From: Enterobacteria phage vB_EcoM_IME340
Length of the DNA: 64,000 bases
Sequence record: MH051916
Strand: one strand, 5' to 3'
Translations under genes and position numbers: made by a program
Shown here: in pieces, positions 28,312 to 37,885 of the stretch
How the letters are laid out: each line of letters begins with the position of its first letter
How positions within the stretch are numbered: the first letter of the stretch is position 1
The notes under the pieces: generated by a model
Seen by the model: only the letters and a program-made list of their open reading frames with translations
What the model was told of the DNA's origin: nothing
Databases searched by the model: none

Positions 28312-28620
28312 ATGATTTACGATGTTGATGCAGTTTTGAGCGAAATAATCGAAGACCATGATGCATTTTCAGAAAATTATGATTTCGATTTTTCGGATTA
28401 TCTTAAACCTGTCGAAATAGAAGACTGGGTGCAAGACGGTAAATGTCAATATCGTCAGTGTGTTTATTTTAGTCCAAAACATAATGTACATGTTTCCGTA
28501 AATGAATGCCGTTCAGGTTCTTATCATTCTGACTGGTATTATGCAGTTCCTACTGTTGAACTAGTCGAACCTCGAGAACGTGTAGTAACTCAGACAATAC
28601 GAGAATGGATTACGCTATAA
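28312..28620 (+). CDS. hypothetical protein
   Basis: 102 aa ORF. Confidence 0.5.
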   Translation: MIYDVDAVLSEIIEDHDAFSENYDFDFSDYLKPVEIEDWVQDGKCQYRQCVYFSPKHNVHVSVNECRSGSYHSDWYYAVPTVELVEPRERVVTQTIREWITL

Positions 28621-28673
28621 AACCCTGGTGGGCGGCTAGATGGGAAACTGTAGAGCCAGAGCCGGAAGAATCG

Positions 28674-28704
28674 GTTTACACTGATGAAGAAACAGTATAT
28701 AATG
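28674..28704 (+). promoter_or_regulatory. sigma70-type early promoter
   Basis: GTTTAC 28674-28679, -10 TATATAAT about 18 bp downstream. Confidence 0.45.
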
Positions 28705-28743
28705 AACCTACAATAAATGACATAATTGATATGGAGATGGGAC

Positions 28744-29190
28744 ATGATTACAGTAGATAAGTGGTTTAGAATTAATCGTGCTGATAAAGAGCTGTGTAAT
28801 TACTGGCCAGAACTTAGTGCAGGTACTGTCTTTAAAGTTCGTGAACTTGTAAAAGAATGTGAAGATGATATAGAACCTGATACTGGAATTATTGAAATTG
28901 AACTTTCTGATGGAAAGATTATTAACATCTACGATAAGCCAATTACGTATTGGTGCTTATGGAATACTGAATCAGTAGAAAATGGCGAAATTGAAGAAGT
29001 TGTAGAACGAGTTGATCAAGCTATTCATAAACCTAAAGCCGCTTTTCAAGGTGAACGTATTTCATATGCATTAGCTAAATTAGCTGCGCAAGAAAATAAC
29101 GATGGTTATGAAGGAAATTTGATGCAAGCTGCGGCAGAATATATTGAATGGCTTGAAACTCAAATTTCTTTTTCTGACCGAGCGTTTTAA
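28744..29190 (+). CDS. hypothetical protein (location corresponds to T4 pin region)
   Basis: ATG 28744 after GGAGATGGG; 148 aa acidic protein. Confidence 0.5.
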   Translation: MITVDKWFRINRADKELCNYWPELSAGTVFKVRELVKECEDDIEPDTGIIEIELSDGKIINIYDKPITYWCLWNTESVENGEIEEVVERVDQAIHKPKAAFQGERISYALAKLAAQENNDGYEGNLMQAAAEYIEWLETQISFSDRAF

Positions 29191-29366
29191 TGAAAACTGA
29201 ATTGGTTTATACTGAAAAGTTAAATGGTGGTAAGGTTTGGAAACTTTTTATTAAAGGAAGTCCTACCGACTCTAATATGACCACTTGTGTAGGAACTTAT
29301 TCTCGTCCTACTAAAAAGATGATTCGGCAATATAAGCGATTGCATCGAATGTTTTACAATACTTGA
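29190..29366 (+). CDS. small basic protein (58 aa)
   Basis: ATG overlapping previous stop; below track cutoff. Confidence 0.35.
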   Translation: MKTELVYTEKLNGGKVWKLFIKGSPTDSNMTTCVGTYSRPTKKMIRQYKRLHRMFYNT

Positions 29367-29378
29367 AAATAATAAATA

Positions 29379-29401
29379 CCCTTATCTATTTAAGGTAAGG
29401 G
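29379..29401 (+). promoter_or_regulatory. hairpin sequestering the gene 49 ribosome-binding site
   Basis: CCCTTATC-TATTTAA-GGTAAGGG stem-loop covering the SD just 5' of ATG 29408; an equivalent structure is described for T4 gene 49. Confidence 0.55.
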
Positions 29402-29407
29402 TTTATT

Positions 29408-29881
29408 ATGTTATTGACTGGCAAATTATACAAAGAAGAAAAACAGAAATTTTATGATGCACAAAACGGTAAATGCTTAATTTGCCAACGAGAATTAAAT
29501 CCTGATGTTCAAGCTAATCACCTTGACCATGACCATGAATTAAATGGACCGAAAGCTGGAAAGGTACGTGGATTGCTTTGTAATCTATGCAATGCTGCGG
29601 AAGGTCAAATGAAGCATAAATTTAATCGTTCTGGCTTAAAGGGACAAGGTGTTGATTATCTTGAATGGTTAGAAAATTTACTTACTTATTTAAAATCCGA
29701 TTACACCCAAAATAATATTCACCCTAACTTTGTTGGAGATAAATCAAAGGAATTTTCTCGTTTAGGAAAAGAGGAAATGATGGCTGAGATGCTTCAAAGA
29801 GGATTTGAATATAATGAATCTGACACTAAAACACAATTAATAGCTTCATTTAAGAAGCAGCTTAGAAAGAGTTTAAAATGA
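29408..29881 (+). CDS. 49: recombination endonuclease VII (Holliday-junction resolvase)
   Basis: 157 aa; MLLTGKLYKEEKQKFYDAQNGKCLICQRELNPDVQANHLDHDHELNGPKAGKVRGLLCNLCN.. matches remembered T4 gp49. Confidence 0.9.
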   Translation: MLLTGKLYKEEKQKFYDAQNGKCLICQRELNPDVQANHLDHDHELNGPKAGKVRGLLCNLCNAAEGQMKHKFNRSGLKGQGVDYLEWLENLLTYLKSDYTQNNIHPNFVGDKSKEFSRLGKEEMMAEMLQRGFEYNESDTKTQLIASFKKQLRKSLK

Positions 29882-31695
29882 CAATTGAAAAAGAAATTGA
29901 AGGATTAATTCATAAAACTAATAAAGACCTTTTAAACGAGAATGCTAATAAAGATTCTCGTGTTTTTCCAACTCAACGGGACCTTATGGCTGGTATTGTG
30001 TCTAAACACATTGCCAAAAATATGGTCCCGTCTTTTATTATGAAAGCGCATGAAAGCGGAATTATCCATTTCCATGATATTGATTATTCTCCTGCTCTTC
30101 CATTTACTAATTGCTGTTTAGTAGATTTAAAAGGAATGCTTGAGAACGGATTTAAGCTCGGTAATGCACAGATTGAAACTCCTAAATCAATTGGCGTTGC
30201 TACTGCAATTATGGCACAAATTACTGCACAGGTTGCTTCTCATCAATATGGCGGAACGACTTTTGCGAATGTAGATAAAGTCCTTTCTCCTTATGTTAAA
30301 CGCACCTATGCAAAACATATTGAGGACGCGGAAAAATGGCAAATCGCTGATGCATTGAATTATGCCCAATCTAAAACAGAAAAAGACGTATACGATGCAT
30401 TCCAAGCTTATGAATATGAAGTAAATACTCTCTTTAGTTCAAACGGACAAACGCCCTTTGTAACAATTACATTTGGCACGGGAACTGACTGGACCGAACG
30501 AATGATTCAGAAAGCAATTCTGAAAAATCGTATTAAAGGTCTTGGTCGTGATGGGATAACTCCTATTTTCCCTAAACTTGTCATGTTCGTTGAAGAAGGT
30601 GTTAATCTTTATAAAGACGATCCGAATTATGATATTAAGCAGCTTGCTTTAGAGTGCGCAAGCAAAAGAATGTATCCTGACATCATTTCGGCTAAGAACA
30701 ATAAAGCTATCACCGGTTCATCTATTCCTGTTTCTCCAATGGGTTGCCGTAGTTTCTTGGGCGTATGGAAAGATTCGACTGGTAATGAAATTCTTGATGG
30801 ACGTAATAATCTTGGTGTTGTAACACTGAATCTTCCTCGCATTGCGCTAGATTCTTATATTGGAACACAGTTCAATGAACAGAAATTTGCCGAATTGTTC
30901 AATGAGCGAATGGATTTATGTTTTGAAGCATTGATGTGTAGAATTAGTTCCTTAAAAGGAGTTAAAGCTACTGTTGCTCCTATTCTTTACCAAGAAGGTG
31001 CATTCGGGGTTCGTCTTAAACCTGATGACGATATAATTGAGTTATTTAAAAACGGTAGAAGTTCAGTGTCCTTAGGATACATTGGTATTCACGAATTGAA
31101 TATTCTTGTCGGTCGTGATATTGGACAAGAAATTTTAACTAAAATGAATGCTCATCTTAAGCAGTGGACTGAAAGAACTGGTTTTGCTTTTAGCTTGTAT
31201 TCTACTCCTGCTGAAAACCTGTGCTATCGCTTCTGTAAACTTGATACCGAAAAATATGGAAGTGTAAAAGATGTTACCGATAAAGGCTGGTACACTAACA
31301 GTTTCCATGTTTCAGTAGAAGAAAATATTACTCCGTTTGAAAAGATTTCTCGCGAAGCCCCATATCATTTCATCGCGACAGGCGGTCACATTTCTTATGT
31401 TGAACTTCCTGATATGAAAAATAACCTAAAAGGCCTTGAGGCTGTATGGGATTATGCTGCACAACATTTAGATTATTTTGGCGTTAATATGCCAGTAGAT
31501 AAATGTTTTACGTGTGGAAGTACCCATGAAATGACTCCTACTGAAAACGGATTTGTTTGTTCTATTTGTGGAGAAACTGATCCTAAAAAGATGAACACAA
31601 TAAGAAGAACATGTGGCTATTTGGGAAATCCGAATGAACGCGGATTTAATCTTGGCAAAAATAAAGAAATCATGCATAGGGTTAAACACCAATGA
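29878..31695 (+). CDS. nrdD: anaerobic ribonucleoside-triphosphate reductase NrdD (intronless)
   Basis: 605 aa continuous ORF; C-terminal Zn ribbon CFTCGSTHE..CSICGET and glycyl-radical region RRTCGYLGNP. Confidence 0.9.
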   Translation: MTIEKEIEGLIHKTNKDLLNENANKDSRVFPTQRDLMAGIVSKHIAKNMVPSFIMKAHESGIIHFHDIDYSPALPFTNCCLVDLKGMLENGFKLGNAQIETPKSIGVATAIMAQITAQVASHQYGGTTFANVDKVLSPYVKRTYAKHIEDAEKWQIADALNYAQSKTEKDVYDAFQAYEYEVNTLFSSNGQTPFVTITFGTGTDWTERMIQKAILKNRIKGLGRDGITPIFPKLVMFVEEGVNLYKDDPNYDIKQLALECASKRMYPDIISAKNNKAITGSSIPVSPMGCRSFLGVWKDSTGNEILDGRNNLGVVTLNLPRIALDSYIGTQFNEQKFAELFNERMDLCFEALMCRISSLKGVKATVAPILYQEGAFGVRLKPDDDIIELFKNGRSSVSLGYIGIHELNILVGRDIGQEILTKMNAHLKQWTERTGFAFSLYSTPAENLCYRFCKLDTEKYGSVKDVTDKGWYTNSFHVSVEENITPFEKISREAPYHFIATGGHISYVELPDMKNNLKGLEAVWDYAAQHLDYFGVNMPVDKCFTCGSTHEMTPTENGFVCSICGETDPKKMNTIRRTCGYLGNPNERGFNLGKNKEIMHRVKHQ

Positions 31696-32162
31696 ATTAC
31701 GATAGATTTTATCCCTGCGATTTTGTGAATGGCCCTGGATGCAGGGTCGTTCTTTTCGTTACAGGTTGTTTGCATAAATGTGAAGGGTGTTATAATAAAT
31801 CAACATGGAATGCTAGAAATGGCGTTCCATTCACTGGTGAAACACTAGAACAATTAATTGAATGTTTGAATAATGATTATATAGAAGGATTAACTATAAC
31901 TGGAGGAGACCCTCTTTATCCTGATAACCGAGATGATGTTCATTGCATTGTTCAAACGGTAAAAAATCTTTATCCGAATAAAAGCATTTGGTTGTGGACA
32001 GGATATAAATTTGAAGATATTAAACAACTAGAAATGCTTAAATATGTTGATGTTATTATTGATGGGAAGTATGAGAAAAATCTTCCGACCAAAAAGCTGT
32101 GGCGAGGTTCAGATAATCAGCGACTTTGGTCAAATACCGATGGGGTGTGGAAACATGATTAA
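31692..32162 (+). CDS. nrdG: anaerobic RNR activating protein NrdG (radical SAM)
   Basis: 156 aa; CLHKCEGC cluster motif; ATG overlaps nrdD stop (ATGA). Confidence 0.9.
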   Translation: MNYDRFYPCDFVNGPGCRVVLFVTGCLHKCEGCYNKSTWNARNGVPFTGETLEQLIECLNNDYIEGLTITGGDPLYPDNRDDVHCIVQTVKNLYPNKSIWLWTGYKFEDIKQLEMLKYVDVIIDGKYEKNLPTKKLWRGSDNQRLWSNTDGVWKHD

Positions 32163-32277
32163 ACTGAATTATATTATTGATACTATAAATGATATGATTT
32201 TTCATTTTGGTCCAGAATTTTATTCGCAGTATAGTTTAGTACTTATCAATGCTTGGTTAATCAATTAAGGGTAAAAT

Positions 32278-32493
32278 ATGTATAAATTTCGTAAAGGTTT
32301 AGCTGATTTTCTTACAACTGTAACGTTCTTTTTGTTTATGGCAGTTGGAGCTATTTTTCTTATTCCTTTTATTGCTATATTTTTCGTGATTAGTTTGATT
32401 TCTCCAGAAAAAGGCTTATCTTCTAGTGAGTTCAATGAGCGTCTGGATAAAATTACTAACAAACTGAATGCGGTTCTTGATAAAAAGGCTTAA
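32278..32493 (+). CDS. small membrane protein
   Basis: 71 aa with central hydrophobic helix pair. Confidence 0.45.
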   Translation: MYKFRKGLADFLTTVTFFLFMAVGAIFLIPFIAIFFVISLISPEKGLSSSEFNERLDKITNKLNAVLDKKA

Positions 32494-32495
32494 TT

Positions 32496-32807
32496 ATGAT
32501 TAGTTTTGAGCGGTATGTGGTAGAGAGTTGGAAGGGTTTTGATATGTTCGGTAATGACTATTATTTTTATGAATGCAGTCTAAATCCTAGTTTTTGGGCT
32601 GGGCGTGAACGAGAACTTGAAGAAATTAATAACCGCGCTGAATTGTTAGGTGAATTACCTACGGTTTATTTTACCTTTGATGCATCTGGATTTGTTATCC
32701 AGGTTTATTTTCCTGAAGAAAATTCTGGCGATGATTCTGTTAACCCGCCATACTGGGCTTATCAAGGAATTATTTCTCGTGGAACAAAACTCGAACTTAA
32801 AGAATAA
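32496..32807 (+). CDS. hypothetical protein
   Basis: 103 aa ORF. Confidence 0.5.
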   Translation: MISFERYVVESWKGFDMFGNDYYFYECSLNPSFWAGRERELEEINNRAELLGELPTVYFTFDASGFVIQVYFPEENSGDDSVNPPYWAYQGIISRGTKLELKE

Positions 32808-33102
32808 GATTGAAATCTATGGCATCCCCGAAGAAGTAGGTCGTTGTCCTGGATGTCAATCAGTTACAAAACTTCTAAAGGAGCTCAATGCTCCTTTTAC
32901 TTTCTATAAAGTTCTTACAAATAATGGCAAGATTGAGTATGATCGTCCACTGATTGTATCTCTTGCTAAACGCGCTGGATTCACATCTCTTAACATTCGT
33001 TATCCAGTCATTTTCATTAATGATTCTAGACAAAAGAACATTAAACACTTCAAAGAAACTCTCATTTCACTTGGATATGATAGAGATATCATAGAAGACT
33101 AA
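32779..33102 (+). CDS. nrdH: glutaredoxin-like protein (NrdH-like); start uncertain
   Basis: CPGC redox motif (IEIYGIPEEVGRCPGCQSV); chosen GTG 32779 has AAGGA upstream; ATG 32734 is an alternative start. Confidence 0.6.
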   Translation: MEQNSNLKNKIEIYGIPEEVGRCPGCQSVTKLLKELNAPFTFYKVLTNNGKIEYDRPLIVSLAKRAGFTSLNIRYPVIFINDSRQKNIKHFKETLISLGYDRDIIED

Positions 33103-33105
33103 GAC

Positions 33106-33127
33106 GGGCCCTCTGGGCCTTTCTTTC
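33106..33127 (+). terminator. GC hairpin plus T-rich tract (probable terminator)
   Basis: GGGCCC-TCT-GGGCCT followed by TTCTTTCTC. Confidence 0.45.
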
Positions 33128-33199
33128 TCACATTCTGTATATTACCATTCTAACTATCATTCACTTCTTATCATTCCCTAAAATAATTTTCACAAAGTT

Positions 33200-33231
33200 G
33201 TTTACAAGAAGTTCAAACTGTGGTATTATTA
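33200..33231 (+). promoter_or_regulatory. sigma70-type early promoter
   Basis: GTTTAC 33200-33205, -10 TGGTATTAT ending 33229; upstream TTTCACAAAG as in the repeated cassettes. Confidence 0.6.
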
Positions 33232-33259
33232 ACATATGAATTGCCTTTGAGGATTTGAT

Positions 33260-33442
33260 ATGGTTGTGGTTGATAAAGAAATTAAAAAGGGACAATATTA
33301 TTTTATTAATGGTAATGTTGTTCGTGTTACTTATGTAAACGGTTTTGAAGTTTATTATCTTATACTTAAGTTACATAAACAGATGATTTGTGATCGTGCT
33401 GTATTTAGTTCAGTTGCTAAGGAAATTAAACTCCATGGGTAA
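33260..33442 (+). CDS. hypothetical protein
   Basis: 60 aa ORF. Confidence 0.4.
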   Translation: MVVVDKEIKKGQYYFINGNVVRVTYVNGFEVYYLILKLHKQMICDRAVFSSVAKEIKLHG

Positions 33443-33728
33443 AACGTATCGTCGTAAAGATTTAAAAGTGCGTGATTATGACTATTTCGGAAAGCGTAAA
33501 GCTCCTGATGGTGTAAGTCATAAAGATATGGTTGAAAACATTTTTCGCTCTGATAAATGGCGTAGAATGAAAGGCATTGATTCAGAAGTTAAAGATGAGC
33601 TAAATCGTCAATTACGTAGTGAAGTAAGAAAGTTGAAAAAATCAGTTTACATTGACGATGATTTTGATTACAATACTTCTCAACGAGTTGCTAAGCGCAA
33701 ATCAAACGAGTGCTATCGTTACAGCTGA
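33435..33728 (+). CDS. small basic protein
   Basis: ATG 33435; 97 aa, Lys/Arg-rich. Confidence 0.5.
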   Translation: MGKTYRRKDLKVRDYDYFGKRKAPDGVSHKDMVENIFRSDKWRRMKGIDSEVKDELNRQLRSEVRKLKKSVYIDDDFDYNTSQRVAKRKSNECYRYS

Positions 33729-33735
33729 GGAAAAT

Positions 33736-33867
33736 ATGAATATCAAACGAATGCTTTTTAAACAAGGATTATACACTTTAAATGTTGCTCCAAAAGGCGA
33801 TACGACCAAGTGGTCAGTAAATGACTGGATTAAATTCATTGATGAAAATGGTAACTGGAAAATTTAA
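33736..33867 (+). CDS. small hypothetical protein (43 aa)
   Basis: ATG 33736 after GAGGAAAATATG. Confidence 0.35.
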   Translation: MNIKRMLFKQGLYTLNVAPKGDTTKWSVNDWIKFIDENGNWKI

Positions 33868-34068
33868 ATGAATCCTGAATCTAAATTATCGCAACGAATT
33901 GCCGAAGCTCGTCGTCAGTTCTTTGAAAATATGATAGCCCAAGGTATTGATGACGAAGTTTTTCTGAACTGGTTTTGGAATCACAAATATTCAAAATGCG
34001 CAGGAGCAATATTAATATCAGCCGCAATGATGTACGAAGGCTGGAAGGGCGCCAAACAGTTTAGCTAA
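33868..34068 (+). CDS. hypothetical protein
   Basis: 66 aa ORF, start abuts previous stop. Confidence 0.45.
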   Translation: MNPESKLSQRIAEARRQFFENMIAQGIDDEVFLNWFWNHKYSKCAGAILISAAMMYEGWKGAKQFS

Positions 34069-34085
34069 GGGCTTCGGCCCTTTTT
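34068..34085 (+). terminator. rho-independent terminator
   Basis: AGGGC-TTCG-GCCCT followed by TTTTT. Confidence 0.7.
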
Positions 34086-34120
34086 GGATAATAAAATTTT
34101 AACGCAATTGAGGATAATGT

Positions 34121-34447
34121 ATGACTATTCAAATTAAAAACGCCATCAATTCTTATGCATATGATAAAGTAGTTTCTCTGCTAGAAAAAGGCGATATTGT
34201 AACTCCTCAAATTTTGGATAAATGGGAAAAAGAGCTTCATCAGATGATGAAACAGAATGATCAGAAAATTGGACGAAATACTGTCCGTGAATTGTTAGTT
34301 CAATATATCTTGTCAGAATTTGATGTTAAAGCTTTTGGCGTAGAATCTAAAGCTTATCAAAAGCATGAAATTTCTGATAAAACTATTCGTCGTATGAAAA
34401 ATCAACGCAAGAAAAAATTTGCTGACCTGAAAATTACTAAGGCATAA
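34121..34447 (+). CDS. hypothetical protein
   Basis: 108 aa ORF with SD GAGGATAATG. Confidence 0.5.
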   Translation: MTIQIKNAINSYAYDKVVSLLEKGDIVTPQILDKWEKELHQMMKQNDQKIGRNTVRELLVQYILSEFDVKAFGVESKAYQKHEISDKTIRRMKNQRKKKFADLKITKA

Positions 34448-34449
34448 TT

Positions 34450-34665
34450 ATGAATGAAGCTCTTATTAACGATTTACGTCTTGCCGGATATGAAGTAAAT
34501 ACAAACGGCATTGGTTTAACTCAAATTGAAGGAAACGGATTTATCCTTGAGTATGAATTTAGCCAATGGTGGTTATATGCTAATTACGGCAAACTGATTG
34601 AATATGTCGATCAGTTTGATTCACTAGATGCAGCTCTTGAAGCGGCTAAGTTGATGAATGTATGA
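34450..34665 (+). CDS. hypothetical protein
   Basis: 71 aa ORF. Confidence 0.45.
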   Translation: MNEALINDLRLAGYEVNTNGIGLTQIEGNGFILEYEFSQWWLYANYGKLIEYVDQFDSLDAALEAAKLMNV

Positions 34666-34931
34666 AATTTATTAATATTTCTATTACTATTGAAAATTAT
34701 GGAATTTTCTATGTTGACCAATATATGAAAATTTCATTTTTCCCAAATAAGACTGGTGTTGGATATTGGGAAAGCCATGTTTCTGAATTAAATGAAAGTG
34801 AATATGTTAGCACACATGAAAAGTTTTTAGACTTTTTATATCATGCTGATTTAACTAGTCATTACATAGATATTCATGAATTTAAAAAGATGATGGAGAA
34901 AGTGTTCCAAGCATACTGTTTACTTAGATAA
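34662..34931 (+). CDS. hypothetical protein
   Basis: 89 aa ORF overlapping previous stop. Confidence 0.45.
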   Translation: MKFINISITIENYGIFYVDQYMKISFFPNKTGVGYWESHVSELNESEYVSTHEKFLDFLYHADLTSHYIDIHEFKKMMEKVFQAYCLLR

Positions 34932-35009
34932 CTGATATCCTCTATGCTTTAAGATAGATCTTCAAATATTATGATATAATAGATCTATGAATTGAGCTAA
35001 GAGGTGAAA

Positions 35010-35567
35010 ATGTCAGAAACTAAGCCTAAATATAATTACGTAAACAATAAAGAGCTTTTACAAGCTATTATTGATTGGAAAACAGAATTAGCAAATAATA
35101 AAGACCCAAATAAAGTAGTTCGTCAGAATGATACTATCGGATTAGCCATTATGCTTATTGCAGAAGGCTTATCTAAACGTTTCAACTTTTCAGGATACAC
35201 CCAGTCTTGGAAACAAGAAATGATTGCAGATGGTATAGAAGCTTCTATTAAGGGGCTTCATAATTTTGATGAAACGAAATATAAAAACCCACATGCATAT
35301 ATAACTCAAGCTTGTTTTAATGCATTCGTCCAACGTATTAAAAAAGAACGTAAGGAAGTTGCAAAGAAATATAGTTACTTCGTTCACAATGTCTATGACA
35401 GTCGTGACGACGATATGGTTGCGTTAGTAGATGAAACTTTTATTCAAGACATCTACGATAAAATGACGCATTACGAAGAATCAACCTATAGAACACCGGG
35501 GGCTGAAAAGAAAAGTGTTGTAGACGATTCTCCTAGTTTGGATTTTTTATATGAGGCTAACGATTAA
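35010..35567 (+). CDS. 55: late-transcription sigma factor gp55
   Basis: ATG 35010 after GAGGTG; [26 protein letters not shown].. matches remembered T4 gp55. Confidence 0.9.
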
Positions 35568-35769
35568 CCTCTCCGGATTCTTGGAAGAAATACCTGAAGT
35601 TGAAGCTATTCCCTATTTACTTAAAATGTATCTCAGGGAAGTTTTAGCTCTTGACATTGATATTGATCCAGAAAATCCGTATGATACCGCTTTTAAATCT
35701 AATGGTGTAGAATTAAACTATCGGTATCATTTAACAGATGATGATTTTTATTTTATATTAGAGAAATAA
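35551..35769 (+). CDS. hypothetical protein
   Basis: 72 aa ORF overlapping 55 3' end. Confidence 0.45.
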
Positions 35770-35770
35770 T

Positions 35771-36088
35771 ATGACTGATAAACCCGAAATTAATGATGAA
35801 GTGGAAAAGCTTATTTCTTCTATTGAAGAAAAGAACCGTCTTGAAGCAGAAAGAAAAGCAAATAAGTTATTGTCTAAAAATAAACGCGAACTGAACCGTC
35901 TTTATAAACACGCTCAGATTGCAGCTGAAAACAATAATTTTGCTCAATACGAATATGCTATCAAGAAAAGTCGGGATATTCTAAAACAGCCATATAACGA
36001 TGAACTCATTAGTATTCTTTGGAAGACTACTAGATCGCAGATTGAGGATATGATTGATGCTTACACACGTAAAATTCAAGCGTCTTAA
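35771..36088 (+). CDS. hypothetical protein
   Basis: 105 aa ORF. Confidence 0.5.
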   Translation: MTDKPEINDEVEKLISSIEEKNRLEAERKANKLLSKNKRELNRLYKHAQIAAENNNFAQYEYAIKKSRDILKQPYNDELISILWKTTRSQIEDMIDAYTRKIQAS

Positions 36089-36260
36089 AATTAATGCAGG
36101 ATTTACTGAATCTTTGAATGGTCATCTTTGTGTTAAAATTTCTGAAAAAGAATACCATGATAGTTCAATTAAAGAAGTTAATCCTCCTATTGTAAGAGCA
36201 GACCCTAATATGAAAGTGTGGGTTGATTCTTATCAAGTCAAAAAATGGTGGCAACTGTGA
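36057..36260 (+). CDS. hypothetical protein
   Basis: ATG 36057; 67 aa. Confidence 0.4.
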   Translation: MLTHVKFKRLKINAGFTESLNGHLCVKISEKEYHDSSIKEVNPPIVRADPNMKVWVDSYQVKKWWQL

Positions 36261-36433
36261 AAGATGAACACCCAGACTTCTGAAAAGATTATAATAAAAT
36301 TCGTTCCTCTAAAGTAGAAATGATGAGACGCTTTAAAGAGGCTCACGATAAAGCTAAAGCAGAAGGAACTATAACGTATAAGCGCATAAAATTTAGAAGC
36401 TCTAATGAGCCTCTGTATGGTGTATTATGCGGA

Positions 36434-36452
36434 TAGGAGCTTCGGCTCCTAT
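36434..36452 (+). terminator. GC hairpin with UUCG loop (terminator/processing element)
   Basis: GGAGC-TTCG-GCTCC; the T-run is weak. Confidence 0.4.
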
Positions 36453-36502
36453 ATTGCTTTATAAATTTTTGGTAAAATAAACCAAAACAATGAGGATATT
36501 AA

Positions 36503-37705
36503 ATGAAAGTATGCATTTTTATGGCTCGAGGTCTTGAAGGTTGCGGTGTAACTAAATTTTCTCTTGAGCAGCGTGATTGGTTTATTAAAAATGGTCATGA
36601 AGTAACTTTGGTTTATGCTAAAGATAAATCATTTACTCGTAATTGCGCGCATGATTATAAGTCATTTTCAATTCCAGTTTTATTGGCAAAAGAATACGAT
36701 AAAACACTTAAGCTGGTAAATGATTGTGATATTCTAATTATCAATTCAGTTCCTGCTACTTCAGTAGAAGAAGACACCATTAATAACTATAAAAAAATTA
36801 TTGATAACATTAAACCTTCGGTTCGTGTTGTAGTTTATCAGCATGACCATTCTTCTCTTTCTTTACGCCGAAATTTGGGATTAGAAGAAACTGTTCGTCG
36901 AGCTGATGTTATTTTTAGCCATTCTGATAATGGTGATTTTAATAAAGTTTTAATGAAAGAATGGTATCCGGAAACTGTTTCTTTGTTTGATGATATTGAA
37001 GAAGCACCGACCGTATATAACTTTCAGCCTCCTATGGATATTGCGAAGGTTCGATCAACCTACTGGAAAGATGTTTCTGAAATTAACATGAATGTTAACC
37101 GTTGGATTGGTCGTACTACTACATGGAAAGGTTTTTATCAGATGTTTGATTTTCACGAAAAACATCTTAAACCTGCAGGACTAAGTACTATTATGGAAGG
37201 TCTGGAACGTTCTCCAGCGTTCATTCCTATTAAAGAAAAAGGAATTCCATACGAGTATTATCGTCTTCATCAAGTAGACCAAATTAAAATTGCTCCTAAT
37301 TTGCCAACGCAAATTCTCGACCGCTATGTAAATAGCGAAATGCTTGAACGCATGAGTAAATCCGGATTTGGTTATCAGCTAAGCAAGTTGGACAAAAAAT
37401 ATCTACAACGTTCTTTAGAATATACTCATCTCGAGCTTGGTGCATGTGGAACAATTCCGGTATTTTGGAAATCTACTGGCGAAAATTTAAAATTCCGTGT
37501 TGATAATACTCCTTTGACCTCACATGATAGCGGTATCATTTGGTTTGATGAAAATGATATGGAATCAACATTTGAACGTATTAAAGAACTGTCATCTGAC
37601 CGAGCTCTTTATGACCGTGAGCGAGAAAAAGCATATGAATTTTTGTATCAGCATCAAGATTCAAGCTTCTGCTTTAAAGAACAGTTTGACATTATTACAA
37701 AATAA
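36503..37705 (+). CDS. a-gt: DNA alpha-glucosyltransferase
   Basis: 400 aa; ..ICIFMARGLEGCGVTKFSLEQRDWFIKNGHEVTLVYAKDKSFTR.. matches remembered T4 alpha-gt. Confidence 0.9.
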   Translation: MKVCIFMARGLEGCGVTKFSLEQRDWFIKNGHEVTLVYAKDKSFTRNCAHDYKSFSIPVLLAKEYDKTLKLVNDCDILIINSVPATSVEEDTINNYKKIIDNIKPSVRVVVYQHDHSSLSLRRNLGLEETVRRADVIFSHSDNGDFNKVLMKEWYPETVSLFDDIEEAPTVYNFQPPMDIAKVRSTYWKDVSEINMNVNRWIGRTTTWKGFYQMFDFHEKHLKPAGLSTIMEGLERSPAFIPIKEKGIPYEYYRLHQVDQIKIAPNLPTQILDRYVNSEMLERMSKSGFGYQLSKLDKKYLQRSLEYTHLELGACGTIPVFWKSTGENLKFRVDNTPLTSHDSGIIWFDENDMESTFERIKELSSDRALYDREREKAYEFLYQHQDSSFCFKEQFDIITK

Positions 37706-37725
37706 AGGGCTTCGGCCCTTTAGCT
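37705..37725 (+). terminator. GC hairpin with UUCG loop (probable terminator)
   Basis: AAGGGC-TTCG-GCCCTT followed by a T-rich tract. Confidence 0.55.
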
Positions 37726-37744
37726 TTATACGGAGTTTGATATA

Positions 37745-37885
37745 ATGATATTTCTTGGATATGTGATACTTTTTCTTGCATTTTATCTATTCACTAGAGC
37801 ATGTTGGATTGGGTTCTTTAGCACTCCAGATGGATTTATTTCAATAATTTTATTTTGCATTTCAATGACGGTTCTTGATATATGA
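37745..37885 (+). CDS. small membrane protein (46 aa)
   Basis: ATG after SD GGAG; hydrophobic; stop overlaps gene 47 start. Confidence 0.35.
   Translation: MIFLGYVILFLAFYLFTRACWIGFFSTPDGFISIILFCISMTVLDI

Noticed and set aside
29878-31695. Possible group I intron/homing endonuclease within nrdD
   Set aside because: The reading frame is continuous for 605 codons with both the Zn-ribbon and glycyl-radical motifs in frame, and no intervening non-coding segment is visible.
36330-36446. 38-codon ORF (MMRRFKEAHDKAKAEG...) upstream of alpha-gt
   Set aside because: There is no convincing ribosome-binding site, and it sits in a region containing a regulatory hairpin. It may be real but is unsupported.
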